DNA of 64,000 nt, taken from assembly GCF_009914755.1 (NCBI RefSeq), contig NC_060943.1; one strand, given 5' to 3'. Of the stretch, positions 14,506 to 30,677 are shown piece by piece. The DNA is from the human T2T-CHM13v2.0 reference genome, Homo sapiens. A program made the position numbers and the translations under genes. Within the stretch, counting starts at the first letter, position 1. Each line of letters opens with the position of its first letter. Under the pieces are notes generated by a model. That model was not told the origin of the DNA and did not search any database. It worked only from the letters and a program-made list of their open reading frames with translations.

Positions 14506-15603
14506 GTGTCGGGGCTGTCCTGTAGGCCCTTTGATCTTACGCAGGGTGAGGGAGCCAATCACCAGAGGCTCACCCCTGACGTCACCCAGTCCCCAGGGCC
14601 AGTGAGGGCCCTGCGTTCCATGGCGCCCCCTGGAGGGAGGAAGGGGAACTGTAGCTGAGAGTTCAGTATCTGACAATAAGGAAAAGGCATAGTAGATCAG
14701 ATGGTGCCTAGTGTTCTGGAGAGAAGAAACAACGGGGTTGGCGAATTGGCAGTTGCACTTTATAATACAGGCCTCATGTATAAGGCAGACCTCATGGGGA
14801 AGGTAACACCTGTGCAGAGAAATGGAGATGAGGGCTAGGAGCCATGCAAATACTGGAACATGCTTGCCAGCAGAAGTCGAGAAACATGGCCGGCACAGTG
14901 GCCCACACCTGTAATCCCAGGACTTTGGGAGGCCGAGGCAGGTAGATCACGAGGTCAGCAGTTCGAGACCAGCCTGGCCAACATGGTGAAACACTGTCTC
15001 TACAAAAATACAAAAATTAGCTGGGTGTGGTGGCACACGCCTATAATCCCAGTCACTTGGGAGGGTGAGGTAGGAGAATCGCTTGAACCTGGGAGGTAGA
15101 GGTTGCAGTGATGCAGTGAGCTGAGACCACGCCATTGTACTCTAGCCTGGGCGACAGAGCGAGACTCCATCTCAAAAAAAAAAAAAAAAAAAAAAAGCAA
15201 AAACAAACAGGTGACATTCATTTTGATAAAATAGCTGATTTAACCTAATATACCTAAAACATCATAATTTTAACATAATCAATAGAAACATTTTTGCAAG
15301 ATTTTATGTTATTTTTTTACCATACGACGTCTTGGAAATCTTGGTTTGGACCAGCCATGTTCAACTGCTCAGTAGCCATGTGTGGCCAGAGGCGGCCGTA
15401 TTGGACAGTGCAGATGGTGCATGAGGGTGTTCGGGCAGTGGGAACAGCCAGTACAGAGGCCCTGTGGGGGCACATGCCTGCTGCTACGGGAACAGTGAGG
15501 AGCCCCGTGTGGCTGCAGTGGAGTGAGAGGGAGAAGGTGGGAGATGTCACCAACGGTCTCATCATTCATTCATTAAATCCTTTTTTTTTTTTTTTGAGAC
15601 TGA

Positions 15604-15756
<153 letters not shown>

Positions 15757-17297
15757 TAGTAGAGCTGGGGTTTCTCTCTGTTGGTCAGGCTGGTCTCGAA
15801 CTCCCGACCTCAGGTGATCTGCCCGCCTTGACCTCCCAAAGTGCTGTGATTACAGGCTTGAGCCACTGCTCCTGGTCCATTGAATGTGTGTATATATAGT
15901 TGAATAAAGAAGAGACTGGAGTTTGTTCTGTATCTTCTCCTTTCAAATTCTGCGCCAGTTGAATTTTTTCCTCTTCCTTTTATATATTTTTAATTGACAA
16001 ATTGTACATATTTATCATGTACATATTGTTTTGAAATATGTATATACCGTAGAATGGCTAAATCAAGATCATTAACATATGTATTACTTTACCTATTTTC
16101 CTTTTTTCGTTGTGTCTCTGCCAGGTTTCGGTATCAGAATGACTCTGACTTCATAGAATGAGTTAGAGAGCAGTTGCTCCTCCTCAATTGTGTGGAATAA
16201 TTTCAGTAGGATTGGTGCCGGCTTTTCTTTACACATCTGGTAGAATTCGACTGTGAATCCGTCTAGTCTAAGGTTTTTTGTGCTGGTTGGTAGGTCTTGT
16301 ATGACTAACTCAATTTTGGAACTCATCGTTGGTTTGTTCAGGGTTTCCATTTCTTCCTGGTTCAATCTTGAGAGGTTTTATGTTTCCAGGAATTTATCTA
16401 TTTCTTCTAGTTTTCTAGTTTGTGTGCATAGAGGCATGTGGAATAGTCTCAGGGTTTCTTGTATGTCTGTGGGTCAGTGGTAATGTCACCTCTGTCATTT
16501 CTGATTGTGTTTATTTGGATCTTGTCTTTTTTCCTTTATTAATCTAGCTAGTGGTCTTTCCATGTTATTTGTGCTTTCGAAAATATCAACTTTGTATGAA
16601 TTAACAGCATTTGCCGTGACCTGGATGAGACCGGAGACTATTATTCTAAGTGAAGTAACTCAGGAATGGAAAGCCAAACATCGTATGTTCTCACTGATAT
16701 GTGGGAGCTAAGCTATGAGGACGCAAAGGCGTAACAATGATACAATGGACTTTGGGGACGTAGGGGGACGAGTTGGCGGGGGCGAGGGATAACAGACAAC
16801 AAATAGGGTGTAGTGTATACTGCTCAGGTGATGGGTGCACCAAAATCACAAATCACCACTAAAGAGCTTATGTTACCAAATACCACCTGTACCCCATAAT
16901 TTATGGAAGAAATAATAAATAAATAATTTTTTTAAAAAATCAACTTTGGGTTTCATTGATCTTTTCTATGATTTTTTACATCTCAATTTCATTCAGCTCA
17001 GCTCTGATTTTGGTGTTTTTTTTTCTTCTGCTAGCTTTGGGGTTGATTTGCTCTTGTTTTTCTAATTCCTCTAGGTGTGATGTTAGGCTGTTCATTTGAG
17101 ATCTTTCTAGCTTCTTGATGTAGCCACTTAGCACTATAAACTTCCTTTGAGCACTGTTCTAGCTGTGTCCCAGAGATTCTGGGATGTTGTATGTTTGTTT
17201 TCATTAGTTTCAAATAATTTTTTTATTTCTGCCTTAATTTCAGTCTTTACCCAAAAGTCATTTGGAAGCAGGTTGTTTAATTTCCATGTTGACTCTA

Positions 17298-17468
<171 letters not shown>

Positions 17469-18648
17469 TCAAAAAAAAAAAAAAAAAAAAAATTGCCCCT
17501 TCTTAAGTTTGCATTTAGATCTCTTCTCCTTTGATCACTTTTAATTTATCTTCACTTCTGATATGACATTTTATTTTTTATTCATTTTCTGCCTGTTTAT
17601 TATTGTTCCTCTTTTAACTTAAAAAAAAAAAACATGTCTGTACTTTATGAATTTCTGTTTCAAGGTGTTTTTCCCATCTCCAAATGCTTACTTGAAAATA
17701 TTTCCTTTCCTCTTGGTTCATTTCTTCTGGTGTGTGTGTGCGCACGCCCGCGTGCATGTGTGTACTCGGGTCTCATTTTCTGCTTTCTTCCTGCAGTACC
17801 TCGTTTATGGGAGATCCACTTCGCTTTTGTTATTTTTTTAGTAGAGAGGGGGTTTCACTGGTTTAGCCAGAACAGTCTCGATCTCCTGACCTCGTGATCC
17901 GCCCACCTCGGGCTCCCAAAGTGCTGGGATTCCAGGAGTGAGCCACCGCGCCCGGCCGTCCACTTTGCTTCTTGCAGAGGCTGATGGTTTGAGTAATTTC
18001 CGAGATTCATAGCTCGAGCGCGCCCTCTTCTGTCTATGCAGTGAAGGGCAGCTTTTTGCATCCACGGCTTTTTGTTGCCAAGGAGGAATGTGCAGTGGCC
18101 AGATTTGTTTCTTCCCTTTTTGTTGTTGTTGTTGTTGCTGCTGCTGTTATCGTTGTTGTTGTTGTTGTTGTATTTTATTTTGTAGCATCCTAAAGTGTCC
18201 CCTCCTTCTATTTCTTATCCTTATCCAGGTAGGGTGTAGAAAAGCTAACTTAAGGGGCAGGGGAGAGAGAGAAAGAGAGGAAGAGAAAATGAGAATGAAT
18301 GACAATACATGAACCCATGGGTCAACCTTTATTTCAAGGCAGGCCAAAAGGACAGCTCTCCCTTCTCTTTTACCCTCTTCTCTGCGTGTGAAGCTGATGC
18401 AGCACAGGCGAGCCCCAAAATTGAGGCTTAGCCCGGGGGGGTTCTTGGCTTCTCCTAGAAACTAATTCAAGAAGCCGGGCGCAGTGGCTCACGCCTGTAA
18501 TCCCAGCACTTTGGGAGGCTGAGGCGGATGGATCACTTGAGGTAAGGAGTTCGAGACCAGCCTGGCCAACATGGTGAAACCCCATCTCTACTAAATATAC
18601 AAAAATTACCCGGGCATGGGGACGGGTGCCTGTAATCCCAGCTATTCA

Positions 18649-18819
<171 letters not shown>

Positions 18820-19555
18820 TTACTGAAGCGTCAGTGCACAGCCACAGCAGAGGGACACACACCTGTATCTTTTCTAAGACTGGGAGAATTTTACAATTGC
18901 TTGAATAATTGAACAGTGCCTCGAGGATGTTACACTAGGTTATAAATAAATTCCTGCCGTGTTTAGCTGAGGCACGAACACAATGCCCACTGACAATTCC
19001 ACTTTCCTCGAGGGCCATTCTTTATGAAAGGCTGTAGGAGTTCCACGACATTGTTGATTCCTGGATTCTCCAAGTCTCTAGAACTTGAGAACTACTTTTG
19101 TGTATTTTTTTAACCTTTAAGTCCAGAGTTTCTAATGTCCGTTTTATACTACTATAAAATGGTACTATGTATTCTTTATTTATGGTACTATTTACACTTT
19201 ATTTTATACAGACTCTGGCTCCACAAAAAGGTTAAAAATTAGCCAGGTGCAGTGGTGCACATCTGCGGCCCCAGCTACTCAGGAGGCTGAGGCAGAAGGA
19301 TTGCTTGAGCTCGGATGGTCAGGGCTGCAATGAGCTATGATCACACATCACATCAATGCACTCCAGCCTGGGCAACAGAGTGAGACCCTGTCTCTAAAAG
19401 AATAGAAGAGGCTGGGCGCGGTGGCTCACGCCTGTCATCCTACCACTTTGGGAGACCAAGGCGAGTGGATCATTTGAGGCCAGGTGTTCAAGACCAGCCT
19501 GGTCAACATGGCGAAACCCCATCTCTTGGCAGGCGACTGTAATCCCAGCTACTCA

Positions 19556-19708
<153 letters not shown>

Positions 19709-19777
19709 TTAGGAAGATGTCATTTCTTCCTATCAAGGCGTCCTCCCTTTCTGTTTTGTTGTTATATTGGGAACGAT

Positions 19778-19897
19778 AAAAAAATTTTTTTTTCAACCCA
19801 TGTGGACCAGGTTGGCCTCGAACTCGTGCCCTCGAACCCTCGCCTACCCTGAGGGTCCGAGGGCCCGCGCAACCGGCCGGAGCCACAATGGCTCCGG
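19778..19897 (-). ncRNA. SNAR-B: snaR B-type, copy 4
   Basis: Same 120-nt sequence as copy 1. Confidence 0.9.
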
Positions 19898-20996
19898 GTG
19901 TCGGGGCTGTCCTGTAGGCCCTTTGATCTTACGCAGGGTGAGGGAGCCAATCACCAGAGGCTCACCCCTGACGTCACCCAGTCCCCAGGGCCAGTGAGGG
20001 CCCTGCGTTCCATGGCGCCCCCTGGAGGGAGGAAGGGGAACTGTAGCTGAGAGTTCAGTATCTGACAATAAGGAAAAGGCATAGTAGATCAGATGGTGCC
20101 TAGTGTTCTGGAGAGAAGAAACAACGGGGTTGGCGAATTGGCAGTTGCACTTTATAATACAGGCCTCATGTATAAGGCAGACCTCATGGGGAAGGTAACA
20201 CCTGTGCAGAGAAATGGAGATGAGGGCTAGGAGCCATGCAAATACTGGAACATGCTTGCCAGCAGAAGTCGAGAAACATGGCCGGCACAGTGGCCCACAC
20301 CTGTAATCCCAGGACTTTGGGAGGCCGAGGCAGGTAGATCACGAGGTCAGCAGTTCGAGACCAGCCTGGCCAACATGGTGAAACACTGTCTCTACAAAAA
20401 TACAAAAATTAGCTGGGTGTGGTGGCACACGCCTATAATCCCAGTCACTTGGGAGGGTGAGGTAGGAGAATCGCTTGAACCTGGGAGGTAGAGGTTGCAG
20501 TGATGCAGTGAGCTGAGACCACGCCATTGTACTCTAGCCTGGGCGACAGAGCGAGACTCCATCTCAAAAAAAAAAAAAAAAAAAAAAAAGCAAAAACAAA
20601 CAGGTGACATTCATTTTGATAAAATAGCTGATTTAACCTAATATACCTAAAACATCATAATTTTAACATAATCAATAGAAACATTTTTGCAAGATTTTAT
20701 GTTATTTTTTTACCATACGACGTCTTGGAAATCTTGGTTTGGACCAGCCATGTTCAACTGCTCAGTAGCCATGTGTGGCCAGAGGCGGCCGTATTGGACA
20801 GTGCAGATGGTGCATGAGGGTGTTCGGGCAGTGGGAACAGCCAGTACAGAGGCCCTGTGGGGGCACATGCCTGCTGCTACGGGAACAGTGAGGAGCCCCG
20901 TGTGGCTGCAGTGGAGTGAGAGGGAGAAGGTGGGAGATGTCACCAACGGTCTCATCATTCATTCATTAAATCCTTTTTTTTTTTTTTTGAGACTGA

Positions 20997-21149
<153 letters not shown>

Positions 21150-22690
21150 TAGTAGAGCTGGGGTTTCTCTCTGTTGGTCAGGCTGGTCTCGAACTCCCGA
21201 CCTCAGGTGATCTGCCCGCCTTGACCTCCCAAAGTGCTGTGATTACAGGCTTGAGCCACTGCTCCTGGTCCATTGAATGTGTGTATATATAGTTGAATAA
21301 AGAAGAGACTGGAGTTTGTTCTGTATCTTCTCCTTTCAAATTCTGCGCCAGTTGAATTTTTTCCTCTTCCTTTTATATATTTTTAATTGACAAATTGTAC
21401 ATATTTATCATGTACATATTGTTTTGAAATATGTATATACCGTAGAATGGCTAAATCAAGATCATTAACATATGTATTACTTTACCTATTTTCCTTTTTT
21501 CGTTGTGTCTCTGCCAGGTTTCGGTATCAGAATGACTCTGACTTCATAGAATGAGTTAGAGAGCAGTTGCTCCTCCTCAATTGTGTGGAATAATTTCAGT
21601 AGGATTGGTGCCGGCTTTTCTTTACACATCTGGTAGAATTCGACTGTGAATCCGTCTAGTCTAAGGTTTTTTGTGCTGGTTGGTAGGTCTTGTATGACTA
21701 ACTCAATTTTGGAACTCATCGTTGGTTTGTTCAGGGTTTCCATTTCTTCCTGGTTCAATCTTGAGAGGTTTTATGTTTCCAGGAATTTATCTATTTCTTC
21801 TAGTTTTCTAGTTTGTGTGCATAGAGGCATGTGGAATAGTCTCAGGGTTTCTTGTATGTCTGTGGGTCAGTGGTAATGTCACCTCTGTCATTTCTGATTG
21901 TGTTTATTTGGATCTTGTCTTTTTTCCTTTATTAATCTAGCTAGTGGTCTTTCCATGTTATTTGTGCTTTCGAAAATATCAACTTTGTATGAATTAACAG
22001 CATTTGCCGTGACCTGGATGAGACCGGAGACTATTATTCTAAGTGAAGTAACTCAGGAATGGAAAGCCAAACATCGTATGTTCTCACTGATATGTGGGAG
22101 CTAAGCTATGAGGACGCAAAGGCGTAACAATGATACAATGGACTTTGGGGACGTAGGGGGACGAGTTGGCGGGGGCGAGGGATAACAGACAACAAATAGG
22201 GTGTAGTGTATACTGCTCAGGTGATGGGTGCACCAAAATCACAAATCACCACTAAAGAGCTTATGTTACCAAATACCACCTGTACCCCATAATTTATGGA
22301 AGAAATAATAAATAAATAATTTTTTTAAAAAATCAACTTTGGGTTTCATTGATCTTTTCTATGATTTTTTACATCTCAATTTCATTCAGCTCAGCTCTGA
22401 TTTTGGTGTTTTTTTTTCTTCTGCTAGCTTTGGGGTTGATTTGCTCTTGTTTTTCTAATTCCTCTAGGTGTGATGTTAGGCTGTTCATTTGAGATCTTTC
22501 TAGCTTCTTGATGTAGCCACTTAGCACTATAAACTTCCTTTGAGCACTGTTCTAGCTGTGTCCCAGAGATTCTGGGATGTTGTATGTTTGTTTTCATTAG
22601 TTTCAAATAATTTTTTTATTTCTGCCTTAATTTCAGTCTTTACCCAAAAGTCATTTGGAAGCAGGTTGTTTAATTTCCATGTTGACTCTA

Positions 22691-22861
<171 letters not shown>

Positions 22862-24039
22862 TCAAAAAAAAAAAAAAAAAAAAATTGCCCCTTCTTAAGT
22901 TTGCATTTAGATCTCTTCTCCTTTGATCACTTTTAATTTATCTTCACTTCTGATATGACATTTTATTTTTTATTCATTTTCTGCCTGTTTATTATTGTTC
23001 CTCTTTTAACTTAAAAAAAAAAACATGTCTGTACTTTATGAATTTCTGTTTCAAGGTGTTTTTCCCATCTCCAAATGCTTACTTGAAAATATTTCCTTTC
23101 CTCTTGGTTCATTTCTTCTGGTGTGTGTGTGCGCACGCCCGCGTGCATGTGTGTACTCGGGTCTCATTTTCTGCTTTCTTCCTGCAGTACCTCGTTTATG
23201 GGAGATCCACTTCGCTTTTGTTATTTTTTTAGTAGAGAGGGGGTTTCACTGGTTTAGCCAGAACAGTCTCGATCTCCTGACCTCGTGATCCGCCCACCTC
23301 GGGCTCCCAAAGTGCTGGGATTCCAGGAGTGAGCCACCGCGCCCGGCCGTCCACTTTGCTTCTTGCAGAGGCTGATGGTTTGAGTAATTTCCGAGATTCA
23401 TAGCTCGAGCGCGCCCTCTTCTGTCTATGCAGTGAAGGGCAGCTTTTTGCATCCACGGCTTTTTGTTGCCAAGGAGGAATGTGCAGTGGCCAGATTTGTT
23501 TCTTCCCTTTTTGTTGTTGTTGTTGTTGCTGCTGCTGTTATCGTTGTTGTTGTTGTTGTTGTATTTTATTTTGTAGCATCCTAAAGTGTCCCCTCCTTCT
23601 ATTTCTTATCCTTATCCAGGTAGGGTGTAGAAAAGCTAACTTAAGGGGCAGGGGAGAGAGAGAAAGAGAGGAAGAGAAAATGAGAATGAATGACAATACA
23701 TGAACCCATGGGTCAACCTTTATTTCAAGGCAGGCCAAAAGGACAGCTCTCCCTTCTCTTTTACCCTCTTCTCTGCGTGTGAAGCTGATGCAGCACAGGC
23801 GAGCCCCAAAATTGAGGCTTAGCCCGGGGGGGTTCTTGGCTTCTCCTAGAAACTAATTCAAGAAGCCGGGCGCAGTGGCTCACGCCTGTAATCCCAGCAC
23901 TTTGGGAGGCTGAGGCGGATGGATCACTTGAGGTAAGGAGTTCGAGACCAGCCTGGCCAACATGGTGAAACCCCATCTCTACTAAATATACAAAAATTAC
24001 CCGGGCATGGGGACGGGTGCCTGTAATCCCAGCTATTCA

Positions 24040-24195
<156 letters not shown>

Positions 24196-24945
24196 TTAGA
24201 CGGCAACTTTTACTGAAGCGTCAGTGCACAGCCACAGCAGAGGGACACACACCTGTATCTTTTCTAAGACTGGGAGAATTTTACAATTGCTTGAATAATT
24301 GAACAGTGCCTCGAGGATGTTACACTAGGTTATAAATAAATTCCTGCCGTGTTTAGCTGAGGCACGAACACAATGCCCACTGACAATTCCACTTTCCTCG
24401 AGGGCCATTCTTTATGAAAGGCTGTAGGAGTTCCACGACATTGTTGATTCCTGGATTCTCCAAGTCTCTAGAACTTGAGAACTACTTTTGTGTATTTTTT
24501 TAACCTTTAAGTCCAGAGTTTCTAATGTCCGTTTTATACTACTATAAAATGGTACTATGTATTCTTTATTTATGGTACTATTTACACTTTATTTTATACA
24601 GACTCTGGCTCCACAAAAAGGTTAAAAATTAGCCAGGTGCAGTGGTGCACATCTGCGGCCCCAGCTACTCAGGAGGCTGAGGCAGAAGGATTGCTTGAGC
24701 TCGGATGGTCAGGGCTGCAATGAGCTATGATCACACATCACATCAATGCACTCCAGCCTGGGCAACAGAGTGAGACCCTGTCTCTAAAAGAATAGAAGAG
24801 GCTGGGCGCGGTGGCTCACGCCTGTCATCCTACCACTTTGGGAGACCAAGGCGAGTGGATCATTTGAGGCCAGGTGTTCAAGACCAGCCTGGTCAACATG
24901 GCGAAACCCCATCTCTTGGCAGGCGACTGTAATCCCAGCTACTCA

Positions 24946-25098
<153 letters not shown>

Positions 25099-25167
25099 TT
25101 AGGAAGATGTCATTTCTTCCTATCAAGGCGTCCTCCCTTTCTGTTTTGTTGTTATATTGGGAACGAT

Positions 25168-25287
25168 AAAAAAATTTTTTTTTCAACCCATGTGGACCAG
25201 GTTGGCCTCGAACTCGTGCCCTCGAACCCTCGCCTACCCTGAGGGTCCGAGGGCCCGCGCAACCGGCCGGAGCCACAATGGCTCCGG
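25168..25287 (-). ncRNA. SNAR-B: snaR B-type, copy 5
   Basis: Same 120-nt sequence as copy 1. Confidence 0.9.
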
Positions 25288-26385
25288 GTGTCGGGGCTGT
25301 CCTGTAGGCCCTTTGATCTTACGCAGGGTGAGGGAGCCAATCACCAGAGGCTCACCCCTGACGTCACCCAGTCCCCAGGGCCAGTGAGGGCCCTGCGTTC
25401 CATGGCGCCCCCTGGAGGGAGGAAGGGGAACTGTAGCTGAGAGTTCAGTATCTGACAATAAGGAAAAGGCATAGTAGATCAGATGGTGCCTAGTGTTCTG
25501 GAGAGAAGAAACAACGGGGTTGGCGAATTGGCAGTTGCACTTTATAATACAGGCCTCATGTATAAGGCAGACCTCATGGGGAAGGTAACACCTGTGCAGA
25601 GAAATGGAGATGAGGGCTAGGAGCCATGCAAATACTGGAACATGCTTGCCAGCAGAAGTCGAGAAACATGGCCGGCACAGTGGCCCACACCTGTAATCCC
25701 AGGACTTTGGGAGGCCGAGGCAGGTAGATCACGAGGTCAGCAGTTCGAGACCAGCCTGGCCAACATGGTGAAACACTGTCTCTACAAAAATACAAAAATT
25801 AGCTGGGTGTGGTGGCACACGCCTATAATCCCAGTCACTTGGGAGGGTGAGGTAGGAGAATCGCTTGAACCTGGGAGGTAGAGGTTGCAGTGATGCAGTG
25901 AGCTGAGACCACGCCATTGTACTCTAGCCTGGGCGACAGAGCGAGACTCCATCTCAAAAAAAAAAAAAAAAAAAAAAAGCAAAAACAAACAGGTGACATT
26001 CATTTTGATAAAATAGCTGATTTAACCTAATATACCTAAAACATCATAATTTTAACATAATCAATAGAAACATTTTTGCAAGATTTTATGTTATTTTTTT
26101 ACCATACGACGTCTTGGAAATCTTGGTTTGGACCAGCCATGTTCAACTGCTCAGTAGCCATGTGTGGCCAGAGGCGGCCGTATTGGACAGTGCAGATGGT
26201 GCATGAGGGTGTTCGGGCAGTGGGAACAGCCAGTACAGAGGCCCTGTGGGGGCACATGCCTGCTGCTACGGGAACAGTGAGGAGCCCCGTGTGGCTGCAG
26301 TGGAGTGAGAGGGAGAAGGTGGGAGATGTCACCAACGGTCTCATCATTCATTCATTAAATCCTTTTTTTTTTTTTTTGAGACTGA

Positions 26386-26538
<153 letters not shown>

Positions 26539-28079
26539 TAGTAGAGCTGGGGTTTCTCTCTGTTGGTCAGGCTGGTCTCGAACTCCCGACCTCAGGTGAT
26601 CTGCCCGCCTTGACCTCCCAAAGTGCTGTGATTACAGGCTTGAGCCACTGCTCCTGGTCCATTGAATGTGTGTATATATAGTTGAATAAAGAAGAGACTG
26701 GAGTTTGTTCTGTATCTTCTCCTTTCAAATTCTGCGCCAGTTGAATTTTTTCCTCTTCCTTTTATATATTTTTAATTGACAAATTGTACATATTTATCAT
26801 GTACATATTGTTTTGAAATATGTATATACCGTAGAATGGCTAAATCAAGATCATTAACATATGTATTACTTTACCTATTTTCCTTTTTTCGTTGTGTCTC
26901 TGCCAGGTTTCGGTATCAGAATGACTCTGACTTCATAGAATGAGTTAGAGAGCAGTTGCTCCTCCTCAATTGTGTGGAATAATTTCAGTAGGATTGGTGC
27001 CGGCTTTTCTTTACACATCTGGTAGAATTCGACTGTGAATCCGTCTAGTCTAAGGTTTTTTGTGCTGGTTGGTAGGTCTTGTATGACTAACTCAATTTTG
27101 GAACTCATCGTTGGTTTGTTCAGGGTTTCCATTTCTTCCTGGTTCAATCTTGAGAGGTTTTATGTTTCCAGGAATTTATCTATTTCTTCTAGTTTTCTAG
27201 TTTGTGTGCATAGAGGCATGTGGAATAGTCTCAGGGTTTCTTGTATGTCTGTGGGTCAGTGGTAATGTCACCTCTGTCATTTCTGATTGTGTTTATTTGG
27301 ATCTTGTCTTTTTTCCTTTATTAATCTAGCTAGTGGTCTTTCCATGTTATTTGTGCTTTCGAAAATATCAACTTTGTATGAATTAACAGCATTTGCCGTG
27401 ACCTGGATGAGACCGGAGACTATTATTCTAAGTGAAGTAACTCAGGAATGGAAAGCCAAACATCGTATGTTCTCACTGATATGTGGGAGCTAAGCTATGA
27501 GGACGCAAAGGCGTAACAATGATACAATGGACTTTGGGGACGTAGGGGGACGAGTTGGCGGGGGCGAGGGATAACAGACAACAAATAGGGTGTAGTGTAT
27601 ACTGCTCAGGTGATGGGTGCACCAAAATCACAAATCACCACTAAAGAGCTTATGTTACCAAATACCACCTGTACCCCATAATTTATGGAAGAAATAATAA
27701 ATAAATAATTTTTTTAAAAAATCAACTTTGGGTTTCATTGATCTTTTCTATGATTTTTTACATCTCAATTTCATTCAGCTCAGCTCTGATTTTGGTGTTT
27801 TTTTTTCTTCTGCTAGCTTTGGGGTTGATTTGCTCTTGTTTTTCTAATTCCTCTAGGTGTGATGTTAGGCTGTTCATTTGAGATCTTTCTAGCTTCTTGA
27901 TGTAGCCACTTAGCACTATAAACTTCCTTTGAGCACTGTTCTAGCTGTGTCCCAGAGATTCTGGGATGTTGTATGTTTGTTTTCATTAGTTTCAAATAAT
28001 TTTTTTATTTCTGCCTTAATTTCAGTCTTTACCCAAAAGTCATTTGGAAGCAGGTTGTTTAATTTCCATGTTGACTCTA

Positions 28080-28250
<171 letters not shown>

Positions 28251-29429
28251 TCAAAAAAAAAAAAAAAAAAAAAATTGCCCCTTCTTAAGTTTGCATTTAG
28301 ATCTCTTCTCCTTTGATCACTTTTAATTTATCTTCACTTCTGATATGACATTTTATTTTTTATTCATTTTCTGCCTGTTTATTATTGTTCCTCTTTTAAC
28401 TTAAAAAAAAAAACATGTCTGTACTTTATGAATTTCTGTTTCAAGGTGTTTTTCCCATCTCCAAATGCTTACTTGAAAATATTTCCTTTCCTCTTGGTTC
28501 ATTTCTTCTGGTGTGTGTGTGCGCACGCCCGCGTGCATGTGTGTACTCGGGTCTCATTTTCTGCTTTCTTCCTGCAGTACCTCGTTTATGGGAGATCCAC
28601 TTCGCTTTTGTTATTTTTTTAGTAGAGAGGGGGTTTCACTGGTTTAGCCAGAACAGTCTCGATCTCCTGACCTCGTGATCCGCCCACCTCGGGCTCCCAA
28701 AGTGCTGGGATTCCAGGAGTGAGCCACCGCGCCCGGCCGTCCACTTTGCTTCTTGCAGAGGCTGATGGTTTGAGTAATTTCCGAGATTCATAGCTCGAGC
28801 GCGCCCTCTTCTGTCTATGCAGTGAAGGGCAGCTTTTTGCATCCACGGCTTTTTGTTGCCAAGGAGGAATGTGCAGTGGCCAGATTTGTTTCTTCCCTTT
28901 TTGTTGTTGTTGTTGTTGCTGCTGCTGTTATCGTTGTTGTTGTTGTTGTTGTATTTTATTTTGTAGCATCCTAAAGTGTCCCCTCCTTCTATTTCTTATC
29001 CTTATCCAGGTAGGGTGTAGAAAAGCTAACTTAAGGGGCAGGGGAGAGAGAGAAAGAGAGGAAGAGAAAATGAGAATGAATGACAATACATGAACCCATG
29101 GGTCAACCTTTATTTCAAGGCAGGCCAAAAGGACAGCTCTCCCTTCTCTTTTACCCTCTTCTCTGCGTGTGAAGCTGATGCAGCACAGGCGAGCCCCAAA
29201 ATTGAGGCTTAGCCCGGGGGGGTTCTTGGCTTCTCCTAGAAACTAATTCAAGAAGCCGGGCGCAGTGGCTCACGCCTGTAATCCCAGCACTTTGGGAGGC
29301 TGAGGCGGATGGATCACTTGAGGTAAGGAGTTCGAGACCAGCCTGGCCAACATGGTGAAACCCCATCTCTACTAAATATACAAAAATTACCCGGGCATGG
29401 GGACGGGTGCCTGTAATCCCAGCTATTCA

Positions 29430-29585
<156 letters not shown>

Positions 29586-30335
29586 TTAGACGGCAACTTT
29601 TACTGAAGCGTCAGTGCACAGCCACAGCAGAGGGACACACACCTGTATCTTTTCTAAGACTGGGAGAATTTTACAATTGCTTGAATAATTGAACAGTGCC
29701 TCGAGGATGTTACACTAGGTTATAAATAAATTCCTGCCGTGTTTAGCTGAGGCACGAACACAATGCCCACTGACAATTCCACTTTCCTCGAGGGCCATTC
29801 TTTATGAAAGGCTGTAGGAGTTCCACGACATTGTTGATTCCTGGATTCTCCAAGTCTCTAGAACTTGAGAACTACTTTTGTGTATTTTTTTAACCTTTAA
29901 GTCCAGAGTTTCTAATGTCCGTTTTATACTACTATAAAATGGTACTATGTATTCTTTATTTATGGTACTATTTACACTTTATTTTATACAGACTCTGGCT
30001 CCACAAAAAGGTTAAAAATTAGCCAGGTGCAGTGGTGCACATCTGCGGCCCCAGCTACTCAGGAGGCTGAGGCAGAAGGATTGCTTGAGCTCGGATGGTC
30101 AGGGCTGCAATGAGCTATGATCACACATCACATCAATGCACTCCAGCCTGGGCAACAGAGTGAGACCCTGTCTCTAAAAGAATAGAAGAGGCTGGGCGCG
30201 GTGGCTCACGCCTGTCATCCTACCACTTTGGGAGACCAAGGCGAGTGGATCATTTGAGGCCAGGTGTTCAAGACCAGCCTGGTCAACATGGCGAAACCCC
30301 ATCTCTTGGCAGGCGACTGTAATCCCAGCTACTCA

Positions 30336-30488
<153 letters not shown>

Positions 30489-30557
30489 TTAGGAAGATGT
30501 CATTTCTTCCTATCAAGGCGTCCTCCCTTTCTGTTTTGTTGTTATATTGGGAACGAT

Positions 30558-30677
30558 AAAAAAATTTTTTTTTCAACCCATGTGGACCAGGTTGGCCTCG
30601 AACTCGTGCCCTCGAACCCTCGCCTACCCTGAGGGTCCGAGGGCCCGCGCAACCGGCCGGAGCCACAATGGCTCCGG
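30558..30677 (-). ncRNA. SNAR-B: snaR B-type, copy 6 (terminal; upstream motifs mutated)
   Basis: Same 120-nt body as copy 1; the flank diverges from ~30744. Confidence 0.9.
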